Positions 9,434 to 20,034 of a DNA stretch of 64,000 nt are shown here, one piece after another (the first letter of the stretch is position 1; the number at the start of each line of letters is the position of its first letter). Source of the stretch: Methanothermococcus sp. Ax23 (lineage in GTDB: Archaea > AGJL01 > Methanococci > Methanococcales > Methanococcaceae). Made by a program: the position numbers and the translations under genes. The notes beneath the pieces are model-generated. The model was not told where the DNA came from, searched no databases, and was given only the letters and a program-made list of their open reading frames with translations. Location of the stretch: the NCBI RefSeq assembly GCF_049075655.1, contig NZ_CP157522.1:928001-992000 (forward strand), given 5' to 3'.

Positions 9434-10777
9434 TTAAAATTTATTAGGATATACCTTATTGCTTAGTTTTAAATAGTAATTACTGAGCTCTCTTTTAAAT
9501 TTATCAATATCCAAATATTTTGCCTCGTGGTCTTCTAAATAAATTCCTCTATCTCCTGATGCTGTTAATAAATCCAAACTGCTTGTTATGATTATAAATG
9601 CAGAGCTCAGTTTTTCCCTCTCATTCATTATAATTTCTGAAAGTGGTTTAACTCCTTCAAACCAATTGGATAATAAACCACTTACAAGTAAATTTACGGC
9701 TGAATTATCTTCATCAATTAGTATTAAATCTACACCTGTTGATAATGCCTTCTGAATCTGATAAGCCATAGTCATAGAGCCTGATGCTGTTCCATGAACA
9801 TCCTTTGGAGTGCCTTTTATTCCCTTTGGTAGTTTTTCAAAAAATAAACTTATATCATTTCCATACATCTGCATACATCCTGTTGATGCCTTAGATAAGT
9901 TTTTTGTGGTAATAATATACTCCCTTCCATCTCCAATTAAATGGTCATCCTGCCCGCTGTCAATTGCCTCTATCAAAGTTGTTTTTCCCTGAGCATTTCT
10001 TCCAGTAATGATAAATATTTCCTTTTCTTTTATACCAAGCCCTGTAATAATGTTGCCATCGTAGAGCTCTACCTCTATTGGATTCAATTCCTCGGGCGTT
10101 TCAAATGGTATATTTACACCTTTTTTTGGTCCTGCAATTCTGTAATGTCTCCTTACATTTGTATAACTCCTCGCAGGTTTTGAATTATCTCCTATAAAGG
10201 ATACGAGCCCCAACTCCTTTAATCTGTTCCTTAAATCCTTCTGATTTATTGTGTTAATATTCTCTTTTTCAAGGATTTTGTAAGGTATTTTTTGGATGAA
10301 ATCATTTAATTCATAAGACAGTTCGTCAATTCTTTTTGCCATTATTTTTGGAGCTCCCTCCTTAAATATCATCCTTAATAACAAATGAATTTCATTATTG
10401 GTTATAAAGTTGTATTTATCAGCTCTCCATAAATCGCTACCTATATTCAAATCGCTATTTATCACAGTTATGGGCTCAAATAATGCAGTATATCGTTTTC
10501 CAAGACTTCCAGATAATTCAGGGAATTTTTTCTTTTTTATCTCCTCTTTAATACATTCAATAATCCGTGCCGTGCTTCCCTCTAATCCTTTTTTATTTAA
10601 ATTAGTTAAATCATCCCTTTTAAAAACAAATGGCAACACTATTTTTATATTTTTATCTGCCTGTTGGGCTGCATAGAAAACCTTATTTTTGTTAATTTTT
10701 GTTAAAATTTTACGATTTAGATATGGTGTGGTTATGTTCTTTATAATATCCTCAATCAATGAAGCCTTTGAATTCAT
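9434..10777 (-). CDS. Predicted ABC-class ATPase domain protein (soluble P-loop NTPase)
   Basis: Walker A GRNAQGKTT, GDGRE, ASGS, Walker B LILIDED. Confidence 0.75.
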   Translation of the reverse strand: MNSKASLIEDIIKNITTPYLNRKILTKINKNKVFYAAQQADKNIKIVLPFVFKRDDLTNLNKKGLEGSTARIIECIKEEIKKKKFPELSGSLGKRYTALFEPITVINSDLNIGSDLWRADKYNFITNNEIHLLLRMIFKEGAPKIMAKRIDELSYELNDFIQKIPYKILEKENINTINQKDLRNRLKELGLVSFIGDNSKPARSYTNVRRHYRIAGPKKGVNIPFETPEELNPIEVELYDGNIITGLGIKEKEIFIITGRNAQGKTTLIEAIDSGQDDHLIGDGREYIITTKNLSKASTGCMQMYGNDISLFFEKLPKGIKGTPKDVHGTASGSMTMAYQIQKALSTGVDLILIDEDNSAVNLLVSGLLSNWFEGVKPLSEIIMNEREKLSSAFIIITSSLDLLTASGDRGIYLEDHEAKYLDIDKFKRELSNYYLKLSNKVYPNKF

Positions 10778-10881
10778 ATTCTCACTTTAAATTTGCAATA
10801 AATAAAAATGAAAAAATAATAATTAAAAGATGTAAAAAAATAAATTATTATATTGTTATTATATTGTTATATTATAGTATA

Positions 10882-12789
10882 TTATTTCATTCTAATGGCA
10901 TCTAGATTCATAGGAGCTCTTGTTTCTTTCTTGAATAATTTGTATGCTGTGCTTGCCAAATCTACACATTTTGAAGCTTCACCATGGACGGTTAATATTC
11001 TTTCAGGCATAGGTTTGAGTTTTCTTAGGTATTTTATAAGCTGTTTTCTGTCGCTATGTCCTGAGAATCCTTCCAATGTATGAACGCTTAAATTTACCTT
11101 TATTGCTTTTGATTTTCCATTTCTGTTCATTATAGGGATTTCACTCCATCCTCTTTGAATCTTTCTTCCAAGGGTGCCTTCCGCCTGATAACCTACAAAT
11201 ACTATGGCATTTCTCTCGTCATCTGCAAGGGATTTGAAGTATTCGACACTCGGACCTCCGCTGAGCATACCTGATGTGGTTAATATTATGCACGGCTCAT
11301 CACTATCAATTATATTTCTCCTGTTGTTTGTGTTTTTTACCTTTCTAAATACCTCTGATAAAAATGGATTGTCCCCTTCGTGGAAAATTCTGTTTCTTAT
11401 GTTTTTTGAAAGATATTCAGGATATGCCGTATGAATTGCAGTAGCCTCCCAAATCATACCATCCAAATAAACTGGGGCATTGAATATACCTTGATTGTAT
11501 CCTTCTTCCAAAACAAGCATGAGCTCCTGAGCTCTACCTATACCAAACACTGGGATTATTACTTTACCTTTTCTTTTTATGGTCTCTGCAACAACATTCA
11601 AAAATTCTTTTTCCGTTTCTGCCCTATCTGGAAGCACATCATCGTATCCACCGTATGTGGATTCAATTACAATTGTTTCCAATCGTGGAAACTGACATAC
11701 TGCTGGCTCCAATAACCTGGAAGCCTCAAATTTTATGTCCCCAGTATATGCAATATTATATAATCCATCCCCAATATGACAGTGAGCTATTGCAGAACCT
11801 AGTATATGCCCTGCATTGTGCATTGTTAATTTTATAGCCGGTGCAATATCCGTAGTTACCCCATAATCTATTGGTATAGTGTGTTTTACACATTTTTTAA
11901 TATCTTTTGATGAATAGGGCATCACTTTACCTTCTTTTTCTGCAATATCTAAATAATCCTTTTGTAAAAGAGTCATTAAATCTCTTGTAGGTTTTGAGCA
12001 ATAAACAGGACCATCATAGCCATACCTAAAAAGCCCTGGAACAAATCCACAATGGTCTAAATGAGCATGTGTAATTACTACTGCATCGATTTCCTCTATT
12101 GAAAATTCTGGGGCATCAAAATGTGGAAATGCCTTATCTCCTTCAACTGCAACATTTATCCCACAATCTATTAAAATTCTACTTTCAGGGGTTTGAAGAT
12201 AATTACAGGTTCTTCCAACTTCTCTGGAACCTCCCAAAAAAGACATTCTTATCCAACAGTCATCTCTTAATCTAACATCCCGGTGTATTCTTCGGCCTAT
12301 CTTTCTTAGGATTTCTTTTACATCGGTTCTTTCCCTATAAAGGGTAGCTCTTATCGCTTTAATTGTTTCAGAAGCTATTGGTGGAGTTCTTACGGGCTTA
12401 GGAGCCCATTTTATTGCTTTTTTTATTTCTTCCAGAGTGCTTCCTTCTTTTCCAATTACCAATCCCGGTTTTTTTGATTCTATTATGACTTCACCAGTGT
12501 TTGCATCAAATATGCAGTTGGTTATTTCAGCATCTTCTGGAACGATTTCTAAAATTTTATTCTTCGCAACATCCGGTTCCATTAAAACAGATGGGTCAGG
12601 TCTTATGGCTATCCTTTTTCGGAATATTCTTGCAAGTTCTTTAACAAAAGAATTGGAAAATATCTCGGGGTTCTTTGCATATATTACTACCTCAGGACCT
12701 TCAAACTGCACATCTGTAATCACTGCGTTTCCAGGTGAATTTTTTATCACATACTGTTTTATCTCGTTTAAAATCTCTTCTGCTGACAA
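10882..12789 (-). CDS. fttA: Beta-CASP ribonuclease aCPSF1 / termination factor FttA
   Basis: N-terminal KH domains, THAHLDH metallo-beta-lactamase motif, FSGHSD; downstream of psmB; TTG start. Confidence 0.96.
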   Translation of the reverse strand: MSAEEILNEIKQYVIKNSPGNAVITDVQFEGPEVVIYAKNPEIFSNSFVKELARIFRKRIAIRPDPSVLMEPDVAKNKILEIVPEDAEITNCIFDANTGEVIIESKKPGLVIGKEGSTLEEIKKAIKWAPKPVRTPPIASETIKAIRATLYRERTDVKEILRKIGRRIHRDVRLRDDCWIRMSFLGGSREVGRTCNYLQTPESRILIDCGINVAVEGDKAFPHFDAPEFSIEEIDAVVITHAHLDHCGFVPGLFRYGYDGPVYCSKPTRDLMTLLQKDYLDIAEKEGKVMPYSSKDIKKCVKHTIPIDYGVTTDIAPAIKLTMHNAGHILGSAIAHCHIGDGLYNIAYTGDIKFEASRLLEPAVCQFPRLETIVIESTYGGYDDVLPDRAETEKEFLNVVAETIKRKGKVIIPVFGIGRAQELMLVLEEGYNQGIFNAPVYLDGMIWEATAIHTAYPEYLSKNIRNRIFHEGDNPFLSEVFRKVKNTNNRRNIIDSDEPCIILTTSGMLSGGPSVEYFKSLADDERNAIVFVGYQAEGTLGRKIQRGWSEIPIMNRNGKSKAIKVNLSVHTLEGFSGHSDRKQLIKYLRKLKPMPERILTVHGEASKCVDLASTAYKLFKKETRAPMNLDAIRMK

Positions 12790-12864
12790 AATAGACCCTC
12801 CTATTAAAATTATAAATTAAATTCTGTTCAAATTAAAATTGTAATAAAATATTTTATTAACACT

Positions 12865-13111
12865 TAAAACCAAGGTTTTTACATTTTTGTATGCTCATTA
12901 TTGTTCGCTTGAAAGCACGTTTGTAAATATCTCCTTTAAAAATCTCAAAATCCTTCGGATTTCACAGTCCTACGGACGCCCTATGACTCCGAAGGATTTT
13001 TTCCGATTTACTCACTTCGTTTGTAAATAATAATAAAAAAATAATAATTCCATAATGCCTCTAACAAAATTATTTATTAGTTTTGAGTTATAAAAACCAA
13101 AAGGTTTTATA
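12865..13111 (+). repeat. Cluster of degenerate palindromic (MJRE/REP-like) hairpins in the psmB-fttA spacer
   Basis: AAAACC-AA-GGTTTT-type palindromes at both ends; AAAATCCTTCGGA/TCCGAAGGATTTT arms at 12947-13000; ATTTAC-TCACTTCGTT-TGTAAAT at 13006-13028. Confidence 0.6.
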
Positions 13112-13173
13112 AAAAATTTTTATGTTTGATGGTGTAGAAAATAATTAATTTAGAAATAAGGTTTTCTTTATTT

Positions 13174-13836
13174 TTATCTTCTTTTACTTTTTATTTTTTC
13201 CACCATCTCTTCGACTTCTTCATTTGAATAGATTTTTACTCCATTTTTATCAATTACTGCGAGAGAGACACCATTTCCAGAATATGCATCTCTCTCCATG
13301 GCGGATACGAGTGCTTTAACTGCAAGTTCTTTTCCTTCGTTTAACGTCATATCTTTTTTATATTCTGCCTCCAAAACACCGAAGGCAGTAGGAGACCCAG
13401 AACCGGTGGCAGTAAATGAAGTTTCTTCATTTAATCCTCCAACAGGGTCAAGTGAAAATAATTTTGGACCGTGGAGGTTATCGTATCCACCAATTACCAA
13501 TTGAGTTAAAAAAGGAAAATGTCTATTTCCATGCAATATGTTGCTCAGCAATGTTGCACAGGAATGTGGTGGCATGTAGTTTCCAGTTCTCATCTTGTAT
13601 ATTTTGGTTTCTGCGGATATTAATCTAACAAGTGATTGAGCATCTCCAACACTTCCTGCTATGGTCATTGCTATGTAGTCATCTATCTTATATAACTTTT
13701 TCGCTTCTTTGTCAGCTATAAGGTTCCCCATTGTAGCTCTTTTATCGGTTGCCAATACTACACCGTCTTTACATATCATTCCTATTGTAGTAGTCCCCTT
13801 CATGTATTCCTTATAGTGGTCGTTGGTTGCCATCAT
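13174..13836 (-). CDS. psmB: Proteasome subunit beta
   Basis: Propeptide followed by G|TTTIG; ATDKRAT, TGSGSP, ERDAYSG. Confidence 0.97.
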   Translation of the reverse strand: MMATNDHYKEYMKGTTTIGMICKDGVVLATDKRATMGNLIADKEAKKLYKIDDYIAMTIAGSVGDAQSLVRLISAETKIYKMRTGNYMPPHSCATLLSNILHGNRHFPFLTQLVIGGYDNLHGPKLFSLDPVGGLNEETSFTATGSGSPTAFGVLEAEYKKDMTLNEGKELAVKALVSAMERDAYSGNGVSLAVIDKNGVKIYSNEEVEEMVEKIKSKRR

Positions 13837-13955
13837 ATAAAATCCTCCTAAATTTAATATTTATAAGATTATTAATTAAATAATTTTAAAAAAGTAATTA
13901 TTTATTATTTATTTTTATCCTTTATATACTTTTAACATTTTTATTTTATTTTTAA

Positions 13956-14339
13956 TTAGTCCAGCTTATCTCCAACAATGTCTATTTTGTTATTTTCTAA
14001 ATCAATTTTATAGTGGAAACAGGTGTGGTATCCCTCATGACATGCCCAGCCAGTCTGTTCAACAACAAATAATAAAGCATCTCCATCACAGTCCTTGTAA
14101 ATTTCTTTAACTTTCTGCACATTTCCACTTTCTTCCCCTTTTCTCCAAAGTTTTTGCCTGCTGGTTGAGTAGTAGTGCATGTATCCTGTTTCAAAGGTCT
14201 TTTTTAAAGATTCTTCATCCATAAATGCCGTCATTAAAACATTTTTATCTTCATCTGTGGCTATGGCAATTAATAGTCTTTTTCCATCTATATTTCTAAA
14301 TTTCAGATTTAAATTTTCAATTATTGAATCCATGTCCAT
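13956..14339 (-). CDS. hisI: Phosphoribosyl-AMP cyclohydrolase
   Basis: [31 protein letters not shown]. Confidence 0.96.
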   Translation of the reverse strand: MDMDSIIENLNLKFRNIDGKRLLIAIATDEDKNVLMTAFMDEESLKKTFETGYMHYYSTSRQKLWRKGEESGNVQKVKEIYKDCDGDALLFVVEQTGWACHEGYHTCFHYKIDLENNKIDIVGDKLD

Positions 14340-14416
14340 AATATACCTCCCAATTATTAATCTAATGTTATATCAGCATTGAATTTATTAAATAGTAGTA
14401 TAAATTTATTCTCTAA

Positions 14417-15577
14417 TTATTTTTTAATTAATTCACTCACCATGTTTTTGAGAGTTTCTTTATCGACACAATCGCCATGGACAAATTTAACGAAGTCATG
14501 AATTATTCTTTTTGCAAAAACCTCTGAAAATTTTTCTAAAACCTTTTCCGGCTCTTTTCCGTTTTCCATCATTTTTAGTGCTTTTTCGAGCTCCTTTTTT
14601 CTTATATGTTCAACATAATTATCGTAATCTTTTATAATGCCCTCAACATTAAGTTTTTTCAACTGCTTTAAAAGAAGCCGGAGCTCATTCTCAATAATAT
14701 TCTCAACAATGGGTATTTCATTTTTTCTCTTTTTTAGGTTTTCATCAGATACTAGTCTTAAATCGTCAATGGTGTATAATATAATATTTGGGAGCTCCCT
14801 AACATTATCATCTACATCCCTAGGGTTTGCAATATCTACAATTATCTTTTTTCCTTCAATGTCTTTAAGATTTGATTTATCCAATATGTGGTGTGGAGAA
14901 GCTGTGGCACAGATAATTATATCGCTGAAGTTCAATGCCTCTTTAAGTTTGTCAAAATGAACAGCTATACCCTTTAACTCGTTTGCAAGTCGTTCTGCTC
15001 TTTCATAAGTTCTGTTTGCAACCACGATTGCTTTTGTATTTTTTTCAATCAAGGCCTTTGCCACAAGTGTCCCTATTTCACCCGCCCCTATGACTAGTAT
15101 ATTTTTATTTTTCAGACCCACAGTTTTTTCAACGAGCTCGACAGCAGCACTGCCGATGGATACCCCCCCTTTGTTTATTTTTGTTTCCTGTCTAACTCTC
15201 TGACCTACATGCACGGCTTTTAAAAATATGGTATCTAAATATTTTGTAGTTTTTCCAAGTTTTTTTGCATTATAATGACTTTTTTTAATCTGGCCGATAA
15301 TTTGGTCTTCACCAACAATCATGGATTCAAGTCCTGATGCAGTTCTTAGAAGATGTATTATAGCCTCACGACCTTCTAAAACATCAAAACCTTTAAAATC
15401 ATCTTTTAATCTATCTAAATCCACTACAAAATGAGAGTCAAAATATATTTCGATTCTATTGCAGGTTTGGAGCAAAATACAGTTGTCATATTTTTTGTAG
15501 AATTCCTCTTCATCAAACCTTAATTTTTCGAGCTCCGATACAGGATATTTTTTATAATCTGCCATAAATAACAGCAT
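14417..15577 (-). CDS. hemA: Glutamyl-tRNA reductase
   Basis: [29 protein letters not shown]. Confidence 0.96.
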   Translation of the reverse strand: MLLFMADYKKYPVSELEKLRFDEEEFYKKYDNCILLQTCNRIEIYFDSHFVVDLDRLKDDFKGFDVLEGREAIIHLLRTASGLESMIVGEDQIIGQIKKSHYNAKKLGKTTKYLDTIFLKAVHVGQRVRQETKINKGGVSIGSAAVELVEKTVGLKNKNILVIGAGEIGTLVAKALIEKNTKAIVVANRTYERAERLANELKGIAVHFDKLKEALNFSDIIICATASPHHILDKSNLKDIEGKKIIVDIANPRDVDDNVRELPNIILYTIDDLRLVSDENLKKRKNEIPIVENIIENELRLLLKQLKKLNVEGIIKDYDNYVEHIRKKELEKALKMMENGKEPEKVLEKFSEVFAKRIIHDFVKFVHGDCVDKETLKNMVSELIKK

Positions 15578-15591
15578 AATTACACCAATTT

Positions 15592-16212
15592 CTATTTGTA
15601 TTTATTAATTAATTCTAAAAATTCTCTTTTAAAATCTTCATTTTTAAACACTTCTTCAAGAATTTTTTTCCTATCCTTCTGTGAAGAAATATTGTCTTTT
15701 AAAAAATCCCTTAAAGTGTTTTGAATAAGTATTTCATATTCGTGATTCTTTAAATAGTTTTCAACAAGTTTTCTTATATTTTTTGCCATCAATGGACTTT
15801 TTCCTTCTGTATATACTGTAAAATATACTCCATCTACATTACAGTAGGCAGGTATTATTATATTAATATCTTTTTCAAAAGTGGATGAGCTGATGAATTT
15901 GTTTAATTTTTTTGAAATATTGACTATTCGTTTATTGTTTTTCTCATCAATTGCAGTAATGATAAAATCATATTTTTGAATAATATCTTTTAAATCATCA
16001 TCTGACATATTGTTTATATCGCAGATTACAAATTCAACATTTCTATAATTATTTTCATATTTATTGATTTCCTCTTGGTCAATATTTTTTGTGTAAATGG
16101 TTATTTTATCGGGATTTGCATTTAGAATTTTGTTAAATCTCCTCTTCCCAACATCTCCAAATCCAAAAATACAGACTTTAAATCCTTTTAAATCAACGAA
16201 CAATGGTATCAT
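15592..16212 (-). CDS. sirC: Precorrin-2 dehydrogenase (SirC/CysG N-terminal type)
   Basis: [20 protein letters not shown]; adjacent to hemA. Confidence 0.88.
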   Translation of the reverse strand: MIPLFVDLKGFKVCIFGFGDVGKRRFNKILNANPDKITIYTKNIDQEEINKYENNYRNVEFVICDINNMSDDDLKDIIQKYDFIITAIDEKNNKRIVNISKKLNKFISSSTFEKDINIIIPAYCNVDGVYFTVYTEGKSPLMAKNIRKLVENYLKNHEYEILIQNTLRDFLKDNISSQKDRKKILEEVFKNEDFKREFLELINKYK

Positions 16213-16320
16213 GTTATCATTTTTTTATTTTATTTTTCTATTTATCCTATTTTATTTATCGGTTCTTTTATTATTTTTAGTTATTAATTTAATTATTTAA
16301 TTTGGTATTTGCTTTATCTG

Positions 16321-17409
16321 TTATCTATTCAGCAGTTCTTTATAAATTCCATCTATCCTTTTTGCAGTTTCTTTCCATGAAAATCTTTTTGAAAATCTCT
16401 TCCCATTTTCCCCCATTTTTTTCTTTAAATCCTTATCATCAATTAAAATGTTTATTTTTTCCCTCAATATATTTGGATTTTTTGGTTCAACTAAAAAACC
16501 GTTGTAATTATCCTTAATTAATTCAGGAATTCCTCCAACATTTGTTCCAATCGTGGCTTTTCCCGATGCCATGGCTTCAAGCAATACCATTCCAAGACCT
16601 TCTGAAATGGAAGGGAGCACTAAGAAACTGCATTTTTTGATATACTCAGAAACTTCTTTCTGGTTCTTTTTTCCAAGAAGTTCAATATTGGATATATTCT
16701 CTTTATCGATTTTGTTTTTAATAGCGTCGAATAAAACACCATCTCCGATGAGTTTGAAATTAAAGTCAATATCTTTAACTGCATCAATTAAAATATCAAT
16801 TCCTTTTTGTGGAACAAATGAACCAACAAAAAGTCCATAACTTTCATCTTCACTGGTATCATAAAATAAATCAAAATCCACGCCGTTATAAACCACTTCT
16901 GTTTTATTTCGATAGGATTTTGGCAGTTGATTTTTTAAAAATTCGCTCACACAGATGATTTTATCGCAGTTTTTAATGGCATAATTGAAAAATAGTTTTC
17001 CCACGGGATTTTTTGATAGTTTTAATACATCGCTTCCGTGAAGTGTTAATATGTGGGGGATGTTGTATTTGTTTCTTAGGAGAGCTCCTACAAATCCCTG
17101 AGGAAATGCGTAATGGCTATGAATTATATCAATATCTATATCATTTAATAACTCTTTTCCAATTTTATATCCTTTGTGAGTATAACTTATTCCCCGAAGT
17201 TTTGGAATATAAGGAACCTCGTGTATATGAATATTGTTGATATTAATATTATTATAATTGTTATTACTATTATCTATCCCTTTTGATTTATAATTCAAAA
17301 TATGAAATTCATAATCTCCAAGGTTATTTAAATTATTTATTATATTTTCAACATGAAAGGTGATTCCTCCCATATATGGATGAAATATTGTAGGCATAAG
17401 TATTTTCAT
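16321..17409 (-). CDS. Glycosyltransferase family 4 (GT-B)
   Basis: HSH, TLHGSD, EGLGMVLLEAMASG, GGIPE. Confidence 0.92.
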   Translation of the reverse strand: MKILMPTIFHPYMGGITFHVENIINNLNNLGDYEFHILNYKSKGIDNSNNNYNNININNIHIHEVPYIPKLRGISYTHKGYKIGKELLNDIDIDIIHSHYAFPQGFVGALLRNKYNIPHILTLHGSDVLKLSKNPVGKLFFNYAIKNCDKIICVSEFLKNQLPKSYRNKTEVVYNGVDFDLFYDTSEDESYGLFVGSFVPQKGIDILIDAVKDIDFNFKLIGDGVLFDAIKNKIDKENISNIELLGKKNQKEVSEYIKKCSFLVLPSISEGLGMVLLEAMASGKATIGTNVGGIPELIKDNYNGFLVEPKNPNILREKINILIDDKDLKKKMGENGKRFSKRFSWKETAKRIDGIYKELLNR

Positions 17410-17466
17410 AATATCCCTGATTTATAGAATAAAAAATAAAAAAAACAATAATATCAAATGGTAGAT

Positions 17467-18069
17467 TTAGTGTTCCATATGTTGGTGTTCTTTCCATTTA
17501 ACAAACAAATAGTATTTTTGTGTTTCTTTTAACTCTTCCTCTATTCTTTTTGCAATGGCATCCAATAAATTTCTATGCACTCTCTTTTCAACATCTTCAA
17601 AACTTTCAAATGGTTTTACTTCCCTTTCCTCAATTATTTTCCACATAATGGTTTTGCCAATACCTGGAAGGAGTTGAAGAGAATGCATTTTGTTGGTTAT
17701 TGGTTCGCATTCATTTATAAATTGTATGAATCGTTTTTCATTCTTTTTAATTGCTTCTTTTATAACATAGAATAACTCTGTTTTTGCCGTAGGTGTTAGT
17801 TCTTCATATTTTAACATTCTCGAAATATATTCGACCTTATCCCTCTTACCTTTTCCAATATAAACCCTCTCCGCCAATTCAACAGTCTTATCGTCTTTTA
17901 ACACTAATTCCATTAATACAAATTGTTTTTCACCAAAAGCCTGTGCAATAGGTTTTCGTTGGTGAAGTGGTCTTTTGTCCTCTGGATACCCATATTCAAG
18001 AAAATCCAAAACATAGGCGTAGCTCTCAAATTTCCTTTTTTTAGATTTTTTAGATTCATGTCTTTTCAT
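17467..18069 (-). CDS. DUF655 family putative RNA-binding protein
   Basis: YVLDFL, ERVYIGKGKRDK, HSLQLLPGIG HhH motif; normally follows rpoF; ATG at 18069 preferred. Confidence 0.9.
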   Translation of the reverse strand: MKRHESKKSKKRKFESYAYVLDFLEYGYPEDKRPLHQRKPIAQAFGEKQFVLMELVLKDDKTVELAERVYIGKGKRDKVEYISRMLKYEELTPTAKTELFYVIKEAIKKNEKRFIQFINECEPITNKMHSLQLLPGIGKTIMWKIIEEREVKPFESFEDVEKRVHRNLLDAIAKRIEEELKETQKYYLFVKWKEHQHMEH

Positions 18070-18112
18070 ATTATGCACCCTATGACATTCTCTTCGGTTT
18101 AATAACCGAAGT

Positions 18113-19360
18113 TTATAAGGAATAAATCCTTATTGGGTTGCCAAGCCCACTATCCCTATCCTTTGAAGGATTCGGGACTACCTTTTTCAAAATATTCAAA
18201 GCACCATTTACATCAGCATTTATTATTAAACCACATTTAGAACAAATATATAGACCTCTATATTTTCTATTACTTTTCTTAACGATTCCACAATTACTAC
18301 ATGTTTGAGAAGTATAAGATTCATTAACCTGTTCTACTGTTATTCCATATCCTACTGCTTTATATTGTATCATCTGAATTAACTTTCCAAAAGGTATTCT
18401 GTGTAGTTTTTGATTATTTATTTTCCCTATGTTCATTGAGGTTATTCCTTTGTTCATTTCACCAATTACAATTTTTGAAACTTTATCATTCTTTGCTAAT
18501 TCTACAATCATTCTACTAACTTTATGAATATAATCTTTGACATAATTTTTTTCCTTTACTGTTAATTTTGATAATCTTTTGGAGGTTTTTAGTTTTTGTT
18601 TGGATAAAATAGACATTAGTTTTGCTTTTGTTTTGTTGAACCATCTTAATTTAGATACTAATGTTTTGCCATTGAAAATATAAGGTTGTTTTTCATTCTG
18701 TATTACTGTTGTTGCTAAATTCTTAATTCCTAAGTCAATAGCCATTACTTTTTCATTGTTAAATGTTAGTGGGGTTATTTTTTTCTTATAAATCAAATGA
18801 AGTATAAAATATCTTTTACCGTAAATATCATGCGGGACTATCTCAACTTCTTTAATTTTCATGGTATTGAGCGATAAGATTTTCGGTAATCTTATCCATA
18901 GATACTTGGACTCAATACCATGCTTTTCTTTTAGATAGTTTTTGGTTTGTTTTGAAAGAGATAATCTCAATTTATTGTCTATTATTTTGAATCCGTTCTT
19001 TTTCCATTTAACTGGAAAATGACCATCTTTTGGTTGGAATTTAGGTTTTTTAGTATGTTCGGAGCGAAGCGGAGAGCAACGAAAACCTTCGGTTTTCGTA
19101 TAATGTTTGAAAAAATTATCCCACGCTATTGAAAGTTTTTGACATACTGCTTGTGCTGACTGTGAGTGTAAGTTTTTAAACCAGAAATTGTTCTTCATTT
19201 GAACATCTATTTTGTTAGGGTTAATATTTCGTTGCATTACTTCGTAGTTAGATACATTCCATAGTTTTGATGCTGAATAGGTTAAATGGTTTAGGATTGT
19301 TAATTGTTCATTGTTTAATTGTCTTGTTATGTTCAGCGTGTGGACTCTTGAAACTTCCAA
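18113..19360 (-). CDS. tnpB: RNA-guided endonuclease TnpB (IS200/IS605)
   Basis: AIDLG (RuvC-I), NESYTSQTC, CSNC/CSKC Zn finger, NADVNGALNI (RuvC-III); TTG at 19360 after GGTG preferred, ORF open to 19384. Confidence 0.95.
   Translation of the reverse strand: MEVSRVHTLNITRQLNNEQLTILNHLTYSASKLWNVSNYEVMQRNINPNKIDVQMKNNFWFKNLHSQSAQAVCQKLSIAWDNFFKHYTKTEGFRCSPLRSEHTKKPKFQPKDGHFPVKWKKNGFKIIDNKLRLSLSKQTKNYLKEKHGIESKYLWIRLPKILSLNTMKIKEVEIVPHDIYGKRYFILHLIYKKKITPLTFNNEKVMAIDLGIKNLATTVIQNEKQPYIFNGKTLVSKLRWFNKTKAKLMSILSKQKLKTSKRLSKLTVKEKNYVKDYIHKVSRMIVELAKNDKVSKIVIGEMNKGITSMNIGKINNQKLHRIPFGKLIQMIQYKAVGYGITVEQVNESYTSQTCSNCGIVKKSNRKYRGLYICSKCGLIINADVNGALNILKKVVPNPSKDRDSGLGNPIRIYSL
19055..19102 (-). repeat. 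48-bp in-frame palindromic insertion within tnpB
   Basis: ACGAAAACC-GAA-GGTTTTCGT hairpin plus CGCTTCGCTC motif; AACAT direct repeat at both junctions; encodes YTKTEGFRCSPLRSEH. Confidence 0.75.
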
Positions 19361-19361
19361 G

Positions 19362-19446
19362 CTAAACACCTTTTTGATTATCATATTGTCTAATTATATC
19401 AAGTGATACTGTCCCTACAGTTTTTAATAGGTGTTTTTATCTTCAT
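19362..19446 (-). pseudogene. tnpA: Internally deleted Y1 transposase (tnpA) remnant
   Basis: GGTGA RBS and MKIKTPIK start joined out of frame to TVGTVSLDIIRQYDNQKGV*, resembling the TnpA C-terminal helix with the catalytic Tyr. Confidence 0.7.
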
Positions 19447-19688
19447 ATTTATCACCATGATTTATATGCGCTCTACTCATATATATCTTAAAATAATTAT
19501 TGATATTATTAATATCATCACCGCTTTAAAAAGCGGTGCTTTCAAATTCAATGGTAAAATATAATAAAATTATGGAATTAAAAATTTAAATTGTCTTTAA
19601 TTATATAATATATATCATTAATAGAATAAAAACATATTGATTTAAAACAGATATGAAAAAAGTTTTATTTAATAAAACAAAGGTTTTA

Positions 19689-20012
19689 TTATTTATATTG
19701 GCTTACAATATCCAATATTTCTTCCGAATTCTTTGGAATATCGGATTTATAGAATATTAACTTTAAATCCTCGGTATCTTCTGGAAGTATATCTGCTATT
19801 TTAATTGCTGTTTTTTCATCCAACCCGAGCTCGACCAAATCTTTAACGAGATTTTCTACATCTTCGGCACTCAATCGTGCAAATTTTTCTAAATAATCCA
19901 ATGCACAGCCGTGCTCATAGGATAACTCGTCAATATTTGCTTTGTCTGTCATTATCTCCTTAGCATGAGATATTGTAATATATCTCTCAGAGATTATTTC
20001 TTTTCCTATCAT
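19689..20012 (-). CDS. rpoF: DNA-directed RNA polymerase subunit F (Rpo4)
   Basis: MIGKEII, LSYEH..ALDY, KIADILP; between rpl21e and DUF655; ORF open to 20024. Confidence 0.95.
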   Translation of the reverse strand: MIGKEIISERYITISHAKEIMTDKANIDELSYEHGCALDYLEKFARLSAEDVENLVKDLVELGLDEKTAIKIADILPEDTEDLKLIFYKSDIPKNSEEILDIVSQYK

Positions 20013-20034
20013 AATAATACCCATCTTAAAAAAA

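Larger units (their letters stand above)
18082..19553 (-). mobile_element. IS200/IS605-family element (tnpB plus deleted tnpA), non-autonomous
   Basis: On the minus strand: target TTAC, then LE with AAAG guide and hairpin CACCGCTTT/AAAGCGGTG; RE hairpin CTTCGGTT/AACCGAAG ending TCAT. Confidence 0.88.
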
